Below, piece by piece: positions 1 through 30,349 of a stretch of DNA of 64,000 nt. The number at the start of each line of letters is the position of its first letter. Positions within the stretch are counted from its first letter, which is position 1. Source of the stretch: Laetmonice hystrix. Its lineage: Eukaryota. Made by a program: the position numbers and the translations under genes. The DNA lies in NCBI GenBank assembly GCA_965235115.1, contig OZ249436.1, positions 12,030,001-12,094,000 on the forward strand, read 5' to 3'. The notes under the pieces were generated by a model. The model did not search any database, was not told the origin of the DNA, and saw only the letters and a program-made list of their open reading frames with translations.

Positions 1-1672
1 CAGTAATGACTAAAACAGGTGTGACTCATGGTAACCATCTGTCACAAACTTAGAGTTTATCACGCAAGTCGGAATCTTTAGGGCCTAATGAACTTGACAA
101 CGTGTTGATGTTTGAGATCGGGGTTGAGATTTCTTGCAACTTTTTCAGGGCCAGAGATACGAGAACGAGTCGGACTTGGTGGTACCGTTGGGTGGATAGT
201 TTGGTATTCAGTTACACACCACAGCTACCACAGATAACACTGTCAGCTGACCCATTTATCATTCGCGTGTATATTTGAACTTTTTTCGCCAGAAGACATC
301 TGGAAGCAATTCCCCGTTCTTAAAGATGAGGCAAGAAAGGGGAATCACCCCATATAAAGAATGTCGGACTTTTCTAAATAATGACATCATTTATCATAAA
401 TCAAAAGGCCTCATAACGTCAAGTGGCAGTTTTGTCTGTGGCTCTGTGTCAAATAATGGCCAGATGATTTCTTGTTTGGGACGGAGATCTGTTGGTAGTT
501 CACGTTGACCGTTTTACCATATATCACCAGAAGACGCATCTCGCCTTTCCGGCTCGTGTCCACCCATGTCTGTCCAATTTATTCTTCCAAGAACGACTAC
601 CGAGTTCGGTTATATTCATAGATTCGACCAGTCGTGACCAATTGACTCAAAGAATAAAAGTTTGTTTGATTCCTTAAAAAGGCGCCCGATTTTATTTTTA
701 CTAAAATGTATATGCATCAATGGGTCAACAGTGTTAGTAAATGGCTAAGATAGGGTTCCCGGTGACCGGATATGTTATTTGTGGAGTTATGTCTGAGGTT
801 AAATACTTCGTCAGTCAGTCACTGGCTGGGATATTTCCTGACCGTGGCAAAATGCTATGAGGAAATATGGTTACTGGAAGATTACAAGTCTTAATCATCG
901 ACTTAGACATATGGAAGCTGTTAAAATGTTTTTACTCTTCCCCCACCAACCACAGAAAAAAAAGGCGGAAATGAATCCGGGTCCCAGCGGAGTAGTCAAG
1001 GATTTGGCATACATGTACTGATACTTAAAAAAGTGCTGATATTAATTTGACACGATTGGAAGTGCACTTCGAAAAAAAAGTTGTCATTTTATTGCGCCCC
1101 CCCCCCCGTGTACGTGGCCGTTGGTTGACGTACATGTATATCGTCCCGCGTACAATCACTTGGCACTCGGTAACAACCCAAACCCTATGTACACCAAGGT
1201 GTGTCAAGAAGTGACTGTCTTTGAAAGCAAGGAAGATCGCGACCTTTTGTCGGAAATTAATTATTTAATTGGACATTTTTGACCTTTAACCACAAAGACT
1301 GCTTCACAGGCATCTTTAGTCTAAGTGACTGGATTGCGAGAGTAAAATGGAAAATGAAGTTAATTCGGTTCTCCTGGAGAATTTAAAACATGATCAGCAG
1401 GCTGTGCAACCGGCAAAATAATGTGGACCTGCAAACTGTCTCCTGGAATGAGATCTAGGCTGCTATTGTCGGTACAGCCTTCCGTTGGGTATACTGTCTA
1501 TAAGGTGGAAATTCGGGAGACATACAACGGTTCACTGTGTTACACGGTGGACTACTCTAAAGTAGCGGTCATAAAAGGTGCCTATTGTAAAGCTGGCTAT
1601 ATGGCACAACGGCACACAGTTTGACGACAATAACGTATCATTGAAGGGTTGATTCATGCAGTTATATACAGT

Positions 1673-1951
1673 CAGTGACCGAGCCATCATAGGGCGTACC
1701 CGGCGTACGCCCCCCCCCCCTTGTTGGACCAGCGTTTGTAAAATGTACTGGGCTCATGCATTAAATATGTGCTAAAACATACCTTGAAATATTATTGTTT
1801 GCAGAATGCATCAGATAGCATGAAGTAGGATCCTACATTTCAAAAACTTTCGGGGGGGGGGGGGCATACCTGCCCCCCTCTCGAGATTAGGTGTACCTTT
1901 GGCACCCTTATTACCCCCCCCCCCTTTGGTGGATTCCTAGCTATGTCACTG
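1673..1951. mobile_element. MITE, possibly hAT-derived, with CAGTGAC...GTCACTG termini
   Basis: Inverted termini cagtgaccgagc / gctatgtcactg; internal poly-C/poly-G tracts; no clean TSD. Confidence 0.6.
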
Positions 1952-3569
1952 ATGCAGGGATACCGAAATTATGGAGGGACCTTTTTCTCCATCCATGACC
2001 ATAGGAGGAGTTAGAATGCCTTTGTTTCTGTGTGATTAAAACAATTAAGGTTGTTTTCGTGTTATTTTCTGATCGGTATCCGAGTGCACTTGTGGTTAAA
2101 GACGTCGTAAGTCGGTGAAGGAGCCCGACATGCTACCAGTAACGTTTTCAGATCAGGGCAGGTCACCAGTCCTGCCAACTAGTGCAGAAACAACCGGATT
2201 CACTTGAACGACCACGCTGCCCCGCCATGCCATGTGATACAGTGGTCGTGTTGTTCACATGTGTTTGTAACCCAGCATAATGTCAGTGTGGAGGTCATTA
2301 TGGGAATACATTGTAGTACAGTGGAAGTGATAATTTTATCAAACCTGGTCAAATTGGTTGGGGTGAAGTTGCACCAGGACCTGTCGAGACTTGCCCCCCA
2401 TTGCTCACGGTAATCGCCCCATTTTCAGTGGGACTATTATAGGGTCTCTTGATGGAGGTCTCCTAAATAACAATAGTACCCTACAGGCATTACATTATAT
2501 GTCTACCCAGCATGCTAGAACATATATATATAGTACCGGTGGATAGTATCAAGTGGGAGGGATTACTAGAAGGGACAAACAAGGGCCCTAGAACCCCGGG
2601 AATCGATACACCATACAAAGACCCCCACCCCTCCTTCCTACCGACACACAGACCTACAACAATCATTATGGACCATGATAATACAACCACATTGTTTACC
2701 GCACAGTATAGGGTGGGAGGTCGACATCTTAATTTAGAAAGTGTAGAGGATAAACATACATTAGCATAGGCCAACGACTTTCTTTTTTGAAGTACACAAT
2801 GTATTATGTAGGCCTACATCTCTTTAGTGATAAAAGCTTCTATAGGTTTTAGGTTCGACCCGCTGTCCTTTTTCTATCGTCATGTACTTGGTTGGCACCA
2901 ATTACAGTATTTCGGAAAAAGTCTAGATCATTTATTCCAATATAGGCCTTGTTTTAAACATCCAGTTTACACTACTTTCGACTTAAAATGTCCAAATATG
3001 GCAACAGCAGGTGTCTGGCCAGGAATGTCTCGCCGTGACCACCAGATAAAATGCCTATTTTCTGTTTGGTTCCTGTTGGGATAATGCTAATTTTAGTCCA
3101 TGGTCAAGTCTGTGTGAGTGTGTAGTGCCGTACCGTGGCAGAATGCCTGACATACCTTTGGTGGCAGGGTCAGACGGTGCTGGCCTGGGCAGGACCGCCA
3201 TCAGGACGGGGGGGGGGGAGGGGGGCGGCGCTGGGCCGTAACCATGTCTCTCCAGGTACGGTCACGGAGGCACCCAGCCATCTTTCTCTCCATGCTCTCT
3301 TTATTTCGTCCTCATTTTCAGCCGTATTAATATTTATCCCCATTTCAAACTTCCATATTTCTCCAGTTTTGGTGGTGACAATAAAGTCATTATTGTCTTC
3401 CTTTATTGTCGTTTTCGTTTATTTCACCCCCCCCCCCCCCCCCCCGTGGCTTCTTCTTTCTTTTTCTGTCTTACTGCAGCTCACCCCCCCCCCCCCAATC
3501 ATGCATACAACATGAAGGTTATGTAACTCACTTATAAATTAAAAAACGGCCAAAGCTTGGGGTCAGGTA

Positions 3570-3688
3570 TATAGACTTCCTTGAATTTCACCGACTGAGT
3601 TAGTTACCTTTTTCTCGCCCTGAAATAGCTGAACTACTGCTGACTGGGCGTTAAACACCAACTACTCACTCACTATAGACTTCCTTGA
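3570..3688 (+). mobile_element. 5'-truncated SINE/LINE 3' tail (3585-3673) with 15-bp target-site duplication
   Basis: TATAGACTTCCTTGA at 3570-3584 and 3674-3688; insert ends ...ggcgttaaacaccaactactcactcac, an (ACTC)n tail. Confidence 0.8.
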
Positions 3689-6600
3689 CCACGCCACCCC
3701 TCAGACAACAAGGGGTACCGTTGTGCGGACACACCCTGAGATATTTTTATACCACCACCCACGGCCATACCAAATGGAACCGGTAACGACCGCAGGACAA
3801 TCATCTGGTGAAAGTCTGTTAAACTACCGGAATCCTCTCAATGACCGTGTTAATATGTGGTTTTTATTTTTAATATTGATTATAGCCACAAGTAGAATAT
3901 TATGCGATGTAGAAATAATCCAGTAATAGTGTTGTGACAGTGCTAATCATTATGATTCCTCATATTTTTGGACCTGTCTAATATTTCGCGATAGACTATT
4001 TCATAGTTTCTCGTAGTAAATAAAACCATGTACCAGATTTTGAAGTAAAAAAATAGAGGTAATACAAAGGGGAACGAAGAGTTCAAATTAAGTTCATTAC
4101 CAAGTCGGTGTGTTTGAAATGAAGCCCACGTGCAGTAAGACGGAACCCTTGTCTAACTCAAAGCCCTTATCATTACCATCATTGGTAAGTGGGGACCTCC
4201 AGTACTAATGAGAATGGGGGTGTAAGGGGGTCTAGAATTGTGATATAACATTGTCTATTAGGTGGAGTCATTAGTATAAATTAGTAAAAATTAGTATGAT
4301 TAGGTGAGAATAATCTTAATGCTAATTGTAATGGCTCAGGACAAAATATGGGTCGGGCAGAGGTCAGAGGTCATTCCTGTTAGTGACCTTCCTGTTGGAA
4401 GTAAACGCCGAGCTGTCATAGGATTACTCCCCTCAGTTAATGTTAGTGCTTCATTTTAAGGTGAAGAAATTAATATGTAACATCAATAATCTTAAATTAA
4501 GTGAACTTTCATGTTTCCGTTAAACCTCTGACGGTATCAACGGCCCGAATTAAGCAAAGGTTGGCTTGGTTAAAGAGTTTGTCCCACTTTCATCTGGACC
4601 TGTTTATTTAGCTACTTTGACAGGATTAAGATGTTGTTTCGCGGATAGTGCTTATTTAGACCGACATAGTTCACCCGTTTATGGAGTCAAAAATTGGTGA
4701 TTTATTAGCTGCCACTTCTCGCCGTGGAGTGCAGCAGCAGCACCCTGCTGTCAGTTTTAATAGAGAAAGGATTACAGCTGCTATCTAAACGGATGCAGCC
4801 ATGAAGTACCACAGGGCAGACCTCTGACTTCTTTAAGAGATGGTGAAAGATGATGGTGCGAATTACAACTGTTTACACCGTTATCGGATGTAAACAGACG
4901 GTCAGTTTGTGACTCGATGCCCTTATATCATACGGCACAGGACGGGGAGTGAACTGATAGACTCTGTAGTCGCCCTCTACTCTGACCCCTACCTCCCACC
5001 GACCACACTCATTGCGTGACAAAGCCTATTACCGGGTATAACGCCTTGAAAATTTAGATCATGTTTGCCATCCTAGCAGGGTGCTGTTGAGTCAGTGGTC
5101 TCCTCCTAAGTGGTCATATTTCACTCTCCAGGTCTTTTTTAAAAGAAAAACAAGTAACGTGAGAAGTAGTAAAAGTTGTTGCTGACGGGCTATCTGAGTG
5201 GAGATAACCTAGAACTATAGAAGTTGTTGCTGACGGACGAGCTGGGTGGAGATAAACTATTTCCACATATCACATGCTACGGACAGGAATTCTGGGTGGA
5301 CCTTAAAAACTGCGGGGAATGGAGCGGGTTGGGTACAAGTATTGGTTCCACCATGTCAACAATAGAAGGATCTCCACATTGTGTAGGATGTGGTTGGGTT
5401 TTTACTATCATCTAGTGTCATAGTCACTGGTTTCCACATTGTTGACCGTAGCATGACCAGGTCTATGACCGTAGTCTGTCCCTAATCATGTGGGACATTA
5501 GACTCAGTTAATGGAGTCTTTCAATCCAGAAATCAGTGTATCGGGTGGGATTTCAGAGATTCCTATGCTTTTCCTGGTTTTCTAAGGATAAATAGAAATA
5601 CGCAGGAAATAGTGAGTTTATCTGCCGTTTACACAAGGTTTAAGCTGTGATTTGATTGACCAGTCTGTGTTGATGCTCCGTATTTGACCAATATGTCCTG
5701 ATTACTAGGTGCATGTTGCCGAGTTGTCCCTGTCTGAGTCGGTCTCCAAGCCACCAGTCCCAGTGGCAGGTGTGATATTGGACATGGACTGGTATAGGAC
5801 GGACCCCGGCTCACATACGGTCTTACATCAGTGCGGCAAACATAAAACAATGTAGAATGACGACACCATACGTGACCTGATGATAAGACTGCCAGGAATC
5901 TCAAGGCCGCCACATGAACTACTTGGGAGTTGACTCTGTAAGCCAGTATACCTGCGAGCTTAACCTACTTCAAGTACTTGATCAAAGGAAGTGACCAACC
6001 AGGATGTACGGTCGCAGACAATTAGATAAGATCACTTAAGTCAATATGATTCCAGTCGCGATAAAAGTAGGTGAGGCACCTATATATAAATAGGAACCCA
6101 TATAAAATAAGGGGATATCAGTTGTTTATAGGTACTAGTCTTGTTAATTAAAGAGGTGGTGTGGAGAGCACTTGGCTCATTCCAACCAGGTGTCAACTAA
6201 CCAGGTGTTTAGGAGTATGTGTTAATTATTCACCTAATCAACGTTTGATGCCAGGTATGGGGGCCCATCCTGCCTTGGGCTGTGGCGAAGTGTTACAAGG
6301 CAAGGTCTCGGTCAATTATGGATACGCTAGGATGGACAGAGTAGGGAAGTGGGCTGTTAGGATGACAGGAAACTGACAATGTAACTCTACCTTTTCGTGA
6401 AACCAGGGATATTGAAATAAAAAAAGTTGTTTGTCGTGTCGTCATAACCAGTGTACATGTACATGGGAATTTAAAAGTGCACCCTACTTATTAACTTGGT
6501 GAATGTAGAGGGCTAAGACGTAATTGGTTCGGAGACTCTTGTATGAATGCAAAGATCTTCTGGTTTATACTACTGTGCCTGTGAGAATAAAAAGTTCTGA

Positions 6601-6885
6601 AGGTCACGTTTTGTGAATCACAGGGACCCGCTGTCTTCCTAAAAAGGATACAGACATGTTCGTACTGTATGGTCACATGGTGCGCCAGCGAGCGTGCCGA
6701 GGTTTGAGTCAAGTCAGACACCGACTCGGCCAGTACAGACATAGATCTCTCTCCTGGTACAGTTGTAGTAAGTCATTCTGGTTACCAACGGGTCGTCCCA
6801 TGAACCCGTGATCCCTGATCTTCGACCCCTGGTACATTGACCGAGGGCGACAGGTAGAAAACCCAGCGCGGCCCGGACACTGACC

Positions 6886-6909
6886 GGGGGCGGGGGCGGG
6901 GGCGGGGGG
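6886..6909 (+). repeat. (GGGGGC)n tract with G-quadruplex potential
   Basis: Four G5-6 runs separated by single C. Confidence 0.7.
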
Positions 6910-7785
6910 CATCAGGAAGCATGAGATTGAGCGTGATGACATGCACCCAAAATATACAGCTGTATAAGAAATACACACATCTTCAACTGTGTTCATGAGG
7001 AAGAAGAACTGTCACTCTTCTACGGAATTAAAGTGGAATTGAAGCGTTTTATATTTGAAGAAAAAGTTATTCAGAGGCCAAACAGTGAACATGGAATTGG
7101 GTCATTAGAGTAAAAGATCATGGACGTTAAAGAACATGTCCAGGCACTGTCTCTTCCCCTTTGTCTGCCGCAGGGCCATCACACAATGCTGACCTCACCG
7201 CATCCTATTATCAGTTTGCCCCAGGGGCAAAGAACGAGTGCGAAACTGTTCTTTTCTGTTCCTTTAAAATGATATTGTAGGTCTTTATTCTGCCCGTCAT
7301 TAGTGCTATTTGTTGTGTCGAGTTAATGATTAAAATAATTGAATTACTGAAGGTGATTATAATTCTAGCTTTCTTGAGAGGCTTTCGAGATATTTTCGCT
7401 TGAGCCACTTGCAATAGTAAACCTGATTGATGATGTTTTAGAAGAATCGTATTGCTGTTTGAGGGAGTAACCCGGAGGTGAGGTGAATGTACATCCCAGG
7501 TCTGTCAAACAAACCAGCGGGTTCACTTAGAAGGTTATGTGTTGTCAGCCGTAGAAATTAGAACATCGCCTGGTCGTCTCCATGAGCGTACATTGAAGGT
7601 TCTTTTATCTGTTCTCTGTGGGACAAGGTGAACGGGTCTCACGACGTTCACAACCAAAACACACTGGCGCTTGCTTTAGATCTCAGACGAATTTGTAATA
7701 AATCTACTATTTGAGATGTTAGAGATGTTGATAATAATATTATCATATTATATCATATGCATATTATGTATGTGGCCACAGACAT

Positions 7786-7912
7786 GGGGGTGTTTCAATA
7801 AGCGCGTCGGACCGTTCGACCGGCAACGGACCAAAAATTACAGGCCCTACAACCAAGCGACGGACTATCCGTCGCCGGTCGGACGGTCCGACGCGCTTAT
7901 TGAAACACCCCC
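7786..7912. mobile_element. Palindromic MITE (about 127 bp, about 45-bp inverted arms)
   Basis: gggggtgtttcaataagcgcgtcggaccgt...acggtccgacgcgcttattgaaacaccccc. Confidence 0.85.
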
Positions 7913-8142
7913 CAGAAGTCGGGTCACCCAAGTTAACATTTACCGTAACCATGAGGAATTCACTACATACTGAGGACGTAAGACTTTCATCTCCTTCTGT
8001 TTACTGTTGTAAGGTTGTATTCCAGTAAATTTGTAAGGTCTGAGACTCGTAGCGAGTTGTGCTATAGGCATGTCCCACGACCTTTCTGAATGGTTATAAT
8101 GTGAGTTATATTAATGTGGATGTTTTCTTGCTCTCCTTGCAG

Positions 8143-24862
<16,720 letters not shown>

Positions 24863-27800
24863 CCATGGCTACTCTCACGCTACCCTAGCAATTATCCTGT
24901 AGTCTGCGCCACCATAACCCTCCATGTAAACAGTGGTGAAATCTTGGGCTGTGGAGTCACCAACTAAATTCAAAGGTTTTACGGTCAGCCAAAATCTTAT
25001 ATCTCTGGCATTTCACCGTCTTCTTTTCAGATAATGATGGGTGAAATACCCATGCAATCTTTTCTTTGATTTTTATTTATTTATTTTCTGAAGATTAGAT
25101 ATGAATGAGCTGGACTCTCAACACAGTAAACTTTTCTGTGATTAGTGATGGTATATAAATTATTGTATTGATCGGTGCTTCATGGTAACCAGACGTAATA
25201 TTAAATCGCTGTCAGAATATGTTTGAAAAATCATAAGGAAGAATTCCTAATTCGTGTTTCAAGTATCAACAATGTTGACTCTCTTATTGGCTTGTATACT
25301 GGGACATAATATTGTATGCATTATTTGGAAACGAGACAGTAACAATGGAGACGTAATACACTTTTAAGGTTTTCTAGCCGAGATTCTGTATTTTGTCCTG
25401 ACTGTGACTTATTTGTTGGACGTTCAGTACATTATGGGATCATGGATTAGGGTGTAGTCGTGATTTGAATAGGGTTTTTTTTTCTGTAGACAACGTCACA
25501 AAAGCAGGCCACAGTAGTGATAGGACTGATCCACATTTGCGCCTTTTTCCATGTACAAAAGCTTTGGTTGTGAGTCGGAATTCTTGCTGGAGCAATGCCG
25601 AGGGATCAAGTCAGTAGTAAGTCCACACACGTCTGTGATTTAGAAACCATTCAGTCAGAGTTGGAATGAATATAATGTATGCGGTCTGTAAATGTAGATT
25701 TTACGGTGTACTGATCAGTGGAGAATTGAGTGTAATATGAAGAACTGTGTGTATATATGTATTCGTATATCTATCAAATCAGCAGACCACACTCTTACAG
25801 AGAGTCCCAGATATAAACAAATACTTTACCTGGTGGAATGCATAGAGAACGGTTTGCACGAGGAGACAAGGCATTACCAAACAGAACCAGTAGGTGGCGT
25901 TATTGTAGTTATTTAGTTCGTATTCCCAGCAGATGGCGCTAGTATAAAAAGGGCTGCGAACGTGGCAGACAGTACCGGTGTACAGAATGGTATGATGTTA
26001 AAGCTTGTCATCAATGACTCGCATGTGATTACGTAATGTAGTATGATGATGATGATGATGATTACTATGCTTATTATTACTTACAAATAATTCCAGTGAA
26101 ATCGCAGTCAGAATCGCAGTGCATGTCGTGTTGTGGTAAACATAAAATCGTGTCTATGGAGTATGCATAATTCCAGTAATATGAGCACTACTGTGCACTC
26201 TAGTCAGAGAGTCTGTTTCAAGTAGGAGGTACTCTAGTGAAAATGTCTAGTGTGTATAATGTGCTTGATTTATGAATGACTATAACGTGAAGACATGAAA
26301 GGTAATAAAAATGATGAGGGAAATATTAAAACAACTTCGTGGATAGAATTTGGGATTAAAACAATCGTTGACTGTTTGAAAAAAAGGAGATGCTGAATGA
26401 AAAAGACAAAGAAAGTGCATACAATATGCATTGGTTTTTTTTAACATTTAGTGGCGATACATATTTTACTATAACTTACAGTAAGAGTGACCGTCTACAC
26501 TGTATGTGAACAAAGAACAGCTACAGAGTAGGCGTCAGGTTACTGAAGACTGTAGAGAAATGTCACTGAAGGACTGTACCGCCCACTGTGTGTCCTGACT
26601 GATATTTATTGGTGTAACCAGAATTGTAGCATGATGAAAGACGGCAGATACGTCTGGACAGTGATATTATTAGCAGATCTCTAACAGAATACCAGAAATT
26701 TATGAAAGGAGGTAGGGGCCATTTAAAAGTTGAGAAAATGCTACCAGCACAGCACATACCTGGTTCTTTGATAGTAGTTCCTTCCGACACATTGCCCAAA
26801 TGCCATTAGAAAAGGTATTGATCACAAGTTCAATACATGTTGAAAAATAGATGTATCGGTACACCTCAACAGTTTTCAGTGTATTTGAAAACCATTTAAA
26901 AGACTATCAATACCGGTAATTACATTGTGTTTGTGTGCGGTTTCTTCTTTTTTCTCCGAAATTTAAATAGGTAATGTTTTAGCTTTGTTTGGTTTGAACC
27001 AGAATTAGACGTGGTCTAGTCTCTTGATGAAAACCAGGATGAGAGTCACAAACAAGGTTACTTCGTATTTAGCTCAGCTATTTATTATACATAAGTACAG
27101 CGCTTATCGGTTATTAAAGTTCCAGCATTGTTTATAGCATACGTGATCACACATTTCAACCATTAATGTGCAATAAAATACCATTTAAGTATTTTTTGGT
27201 AGGTGCTCTGAATGATTGCTAATTATTATGTATATAGCCAAATGAATTCTAAAGAAAAAAACCGCATATGGTGTACATATGTACAATGGTAGGAGCTTAT
27301 TTAAATGGCTTTGTTTGATTCATCTCAAGGTATATTTGGCGGACATTTTCTCTCTGAGTTTTGTTTTACAGTAGTTTAATTATTCGATTATGGGAGATAT
27401 TTTAACAAAAGGATTATTTAAATCTTGTAGTATTAAATACCAGTACCAGTGTAAGACTTCATCCACCATTTTTGGCATTTATGAAGTGTCAATGTAACAG
27501 TATTTATTTGTACTTTTTACTCCCAAGTACCAGACACGTGAGGGAAAGTTGTGCCATTTATGTACTCAAGTACAGTTGCGGGCTGTTATATGCAGTATGA
27601 CCTCTAAGTTATAAATACGATGTTTTGTTTCATTGTCTTACTTTGCAAGTTGAGACATTAGTGACCAAGTGTTATTTCTCTGTCAGTGTTAAGTCTTGAC
27701 GCCACAAATGCTGAGCATGAACACGGAATGTGGGGACATGTATTCCGTACTGAATAATGAATGTTTCTTTGGAAGACAGTCTAAACAAAGACATTAAAAC

Positions 27801-29180
27801 ACGAATATAAACAAATCCGTCTTAATTTAAAACCTGTAAGTTATATTAAAAAATGTAGATACTGATATTACAAGATGCATTATTCGAACCGGCTACATGG
27901 ACGTCATCAAGCAGGTCCTGGCAACAAGCTCATTTGACTCTGATCAGTTTCGAAAACGTAGGAGCAGGGTAGTACAAGTGAAAGGATGAGAAATGTTTTA
28001 CTACTGAAAAACTACTGTTGTCAGTTGCGTGTGTATATACGTATATATATATAGAAGAAGTAACAAAGTGATGTGATTACATGTACGTGTGTAGCGTGTT
28101 GTGCAGTCGGTGTATTTCTTTATGCTTTGTGTCACATTGGACATCTTCACCAACGTCGTCAGGTGACGTGGCAAGTCGGCAAACAAATAACTGAAAGGAT
28201 AGAGCTGAACACAAAATTAGGTTGGCACATTCAGAGAGTATTTGGTGTTGGTCCTAACACAGCTGGAGATGAGGGAATGGACTGGCGTGAGTGTTCAAAG
28301 CTTGGAAATGTAAGCAAAGCCAGCCTGGGTGGAGTCCAGTAGTAAACCGTAGATTCTGGTAGGCGATGTGACGTCATGATGACGTCATTACATAGAATGG
28401 GAGAACATACCGTAGTTAGTGTTGTAGGGTAGCTGTCGTCAGTGGTGCACGACCCTCATGGACTACGCACGTAGTCAACCAAACACATACACCCAACATT
28501 GTGCCGTTTATTTTGTAGAGCTCTACATCTATGCAACTGCAGTACGTACTTTAGTTTCACCTTGGCCTAATGTCTGGCAGATGCAAAGTTTGGGGAAACT
28601 TTAGAATTCCATGAGTCCGCATGTTACCGTGACAACCGTTTAAAGGCCATGGGATATGGAAGAAATGTTGCAATAAATAGAGCCTAAAGATTGAGCTAAG
28701 ACTTGATGATTTGAAATTTATCTTCATGCCATGCTTGCATCTGGTTGTCCGAGCAAGATGTGTCAAGATTGTTATGTCACCGGTGTGAGGAAGAAGTCAA
28801 TTGACTTTATGTATAGTGTATAAAAACGTAGTGTAAAGAGGTGGTGCAGTATCCCAAAATGTTGGATTCCGTGAGTGCAGATCTTGTAGCGATGGGTTGG
28901 ACATTTCCAAGAAATGCTTCAGCTATAATGTATCGAAGTACTGTTTAGTTGATTAAGGACTGTAGCTTGCTTGTAGGGAGGTAAATCTGTACGTAGGTGT
29001 TCTCAAAAGATCATGTGCAACTCATGATGGCAAGGTGCAGTTAGTTTGGCTTAAGCATGCGCCTTCTATGACTGTAAATATCTACGGGCAGTGTTTGAAG
29101 CAAGATGGGCGCCTTGATGTAGTGCTATGATTATGTAGAATATATTTAAATGAAATAAAGACAACACCTTTTAAAGATAT
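24863..29180 (+). other. Probable long 3' UTR with candidate poly(A) signals (AATAAA at 26304, 27172, 29154)
   Basis: AT-rich, no convincing ORF or obvious TE until about 29200; the true end cannot be determined. Confidence 0.45.
25887..25941 (+). promoter_or_regulatory. Two co-oriented CTCF-like motifs
   Basis: CCAGTAGGTGGCGT (25887) and CCAGCAGATGGCGCTA (25926) versus consensus CCRSYAGRKGGCRS. Confidence 0.55.
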
Positions 29181-29462
29181 ACGTGTTTAATTATCGTTGA
29201 TAACGTACATTTACCCATCCCTGCTTACACCCTAGCCTGGTCCCCAGGTCTATATTGACTGCTACGTATATCTGGTAGGCAGGGGACCAAGCTATGAACA
29301 CCCCTCTAGATTCTTTGTTTACTTTCAACAATTTATTTACATAAGAAGTTAATTTTGTGTCTAGAACTCCTTGGTTTCTTTCGAGAAAAAATAATCAACC
29401 GAGGGGGTTTATTGATAGCAACACGAGGAAAAACAGGATTTCAACCGTGCAAGATACAAGTT

Positions 29463-29540
29463 CCAAGCGTGGCCGAATGGGCAGAGACGCAGACCTATGA
29501 TCAGGACATCCACGGTTCGAATCCCACCAGCAGCGGCCAA
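29463..29540 (+). mobile_element. tRNA-derived SINE head / pseudo-tRNA
   Basis: A box TGGCCGAATGG (29470-29480) and B box GGTTCGAATCC (29514-29524); acceptor and anticodon stems do not pair well. Confidence 0.7.
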
Positions 29541-30349
29541 AAAGCATACTGGTCGCTGAGTCAGTAACTACTCAACCATGGCGGCGATATCATGGCTAAA
29601 ATAAAATTGAAATATCCACGTGGATTACTCTTTTAAATTACATACAGGGGTATTCCACGGGTCATATCCACGTGTATTCCACGGGAAATCCATGAGTTTT
29701 GCCTGCTGGGTATTAACCAAAATAATGGTTGTGATGACGGTGCATATTGGTCAACAAACGACCAATCCACATTTGGTCAATAGGGTAACAATATTGGATT
29801 GGTTATTTTGACCATGAGATTGATTGGACACATATCCATGCAGAAGATTGGTTGATTTTAACCAGGATCTTGGTTGTTTTAACCAATCTGTTTTTAGAGT
29901 GTACATGCAGAGAGCCCTCACTGTAGTGTTTGCTCCAGTATGACGCCAATCAACAAAATGCCAACAGATGGAAGTAGTCATATTACATGGTTTTGATAGA
30001 GAAATACTTCGATGCACCTTAAACAGTGAAGTCTGAGTGCTCTCTTTTCTATGAGCGAACGTACGTGACGAATACTATGCGAAAATTCTAGTAGCGAATT
30101 ACAATACCAGATATGCATACAAACATTGCAATAATGACCTAATATTCTGAAAACAGATGTATAGGCGTTTTAAATCGTTCCCTGACCAGTACAAGCTTAT
30201 TTGTGCACAGTGAAGAAGGTAGCAATTAATGACATTCATAGGAAAAATGTCAATTTGGCACTCTCAGCTTCTCAAAGCAGACAGAAACGTGGACATGTTG
30301 GAATAAAACGTGCTCTTTCTGTACACATACACCATAATTATTAATGTCA

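Noticed and set aside
5173..5260. About 48-bp imperfect tandem duplication
   Set aside because: An ordinary local slippage duplication with no evident function.
29463..29540. Functional tRNA gene
   Set aside because: A and B boxes are present but the cloverleaf stems do not pair; better explained as a SINE head.
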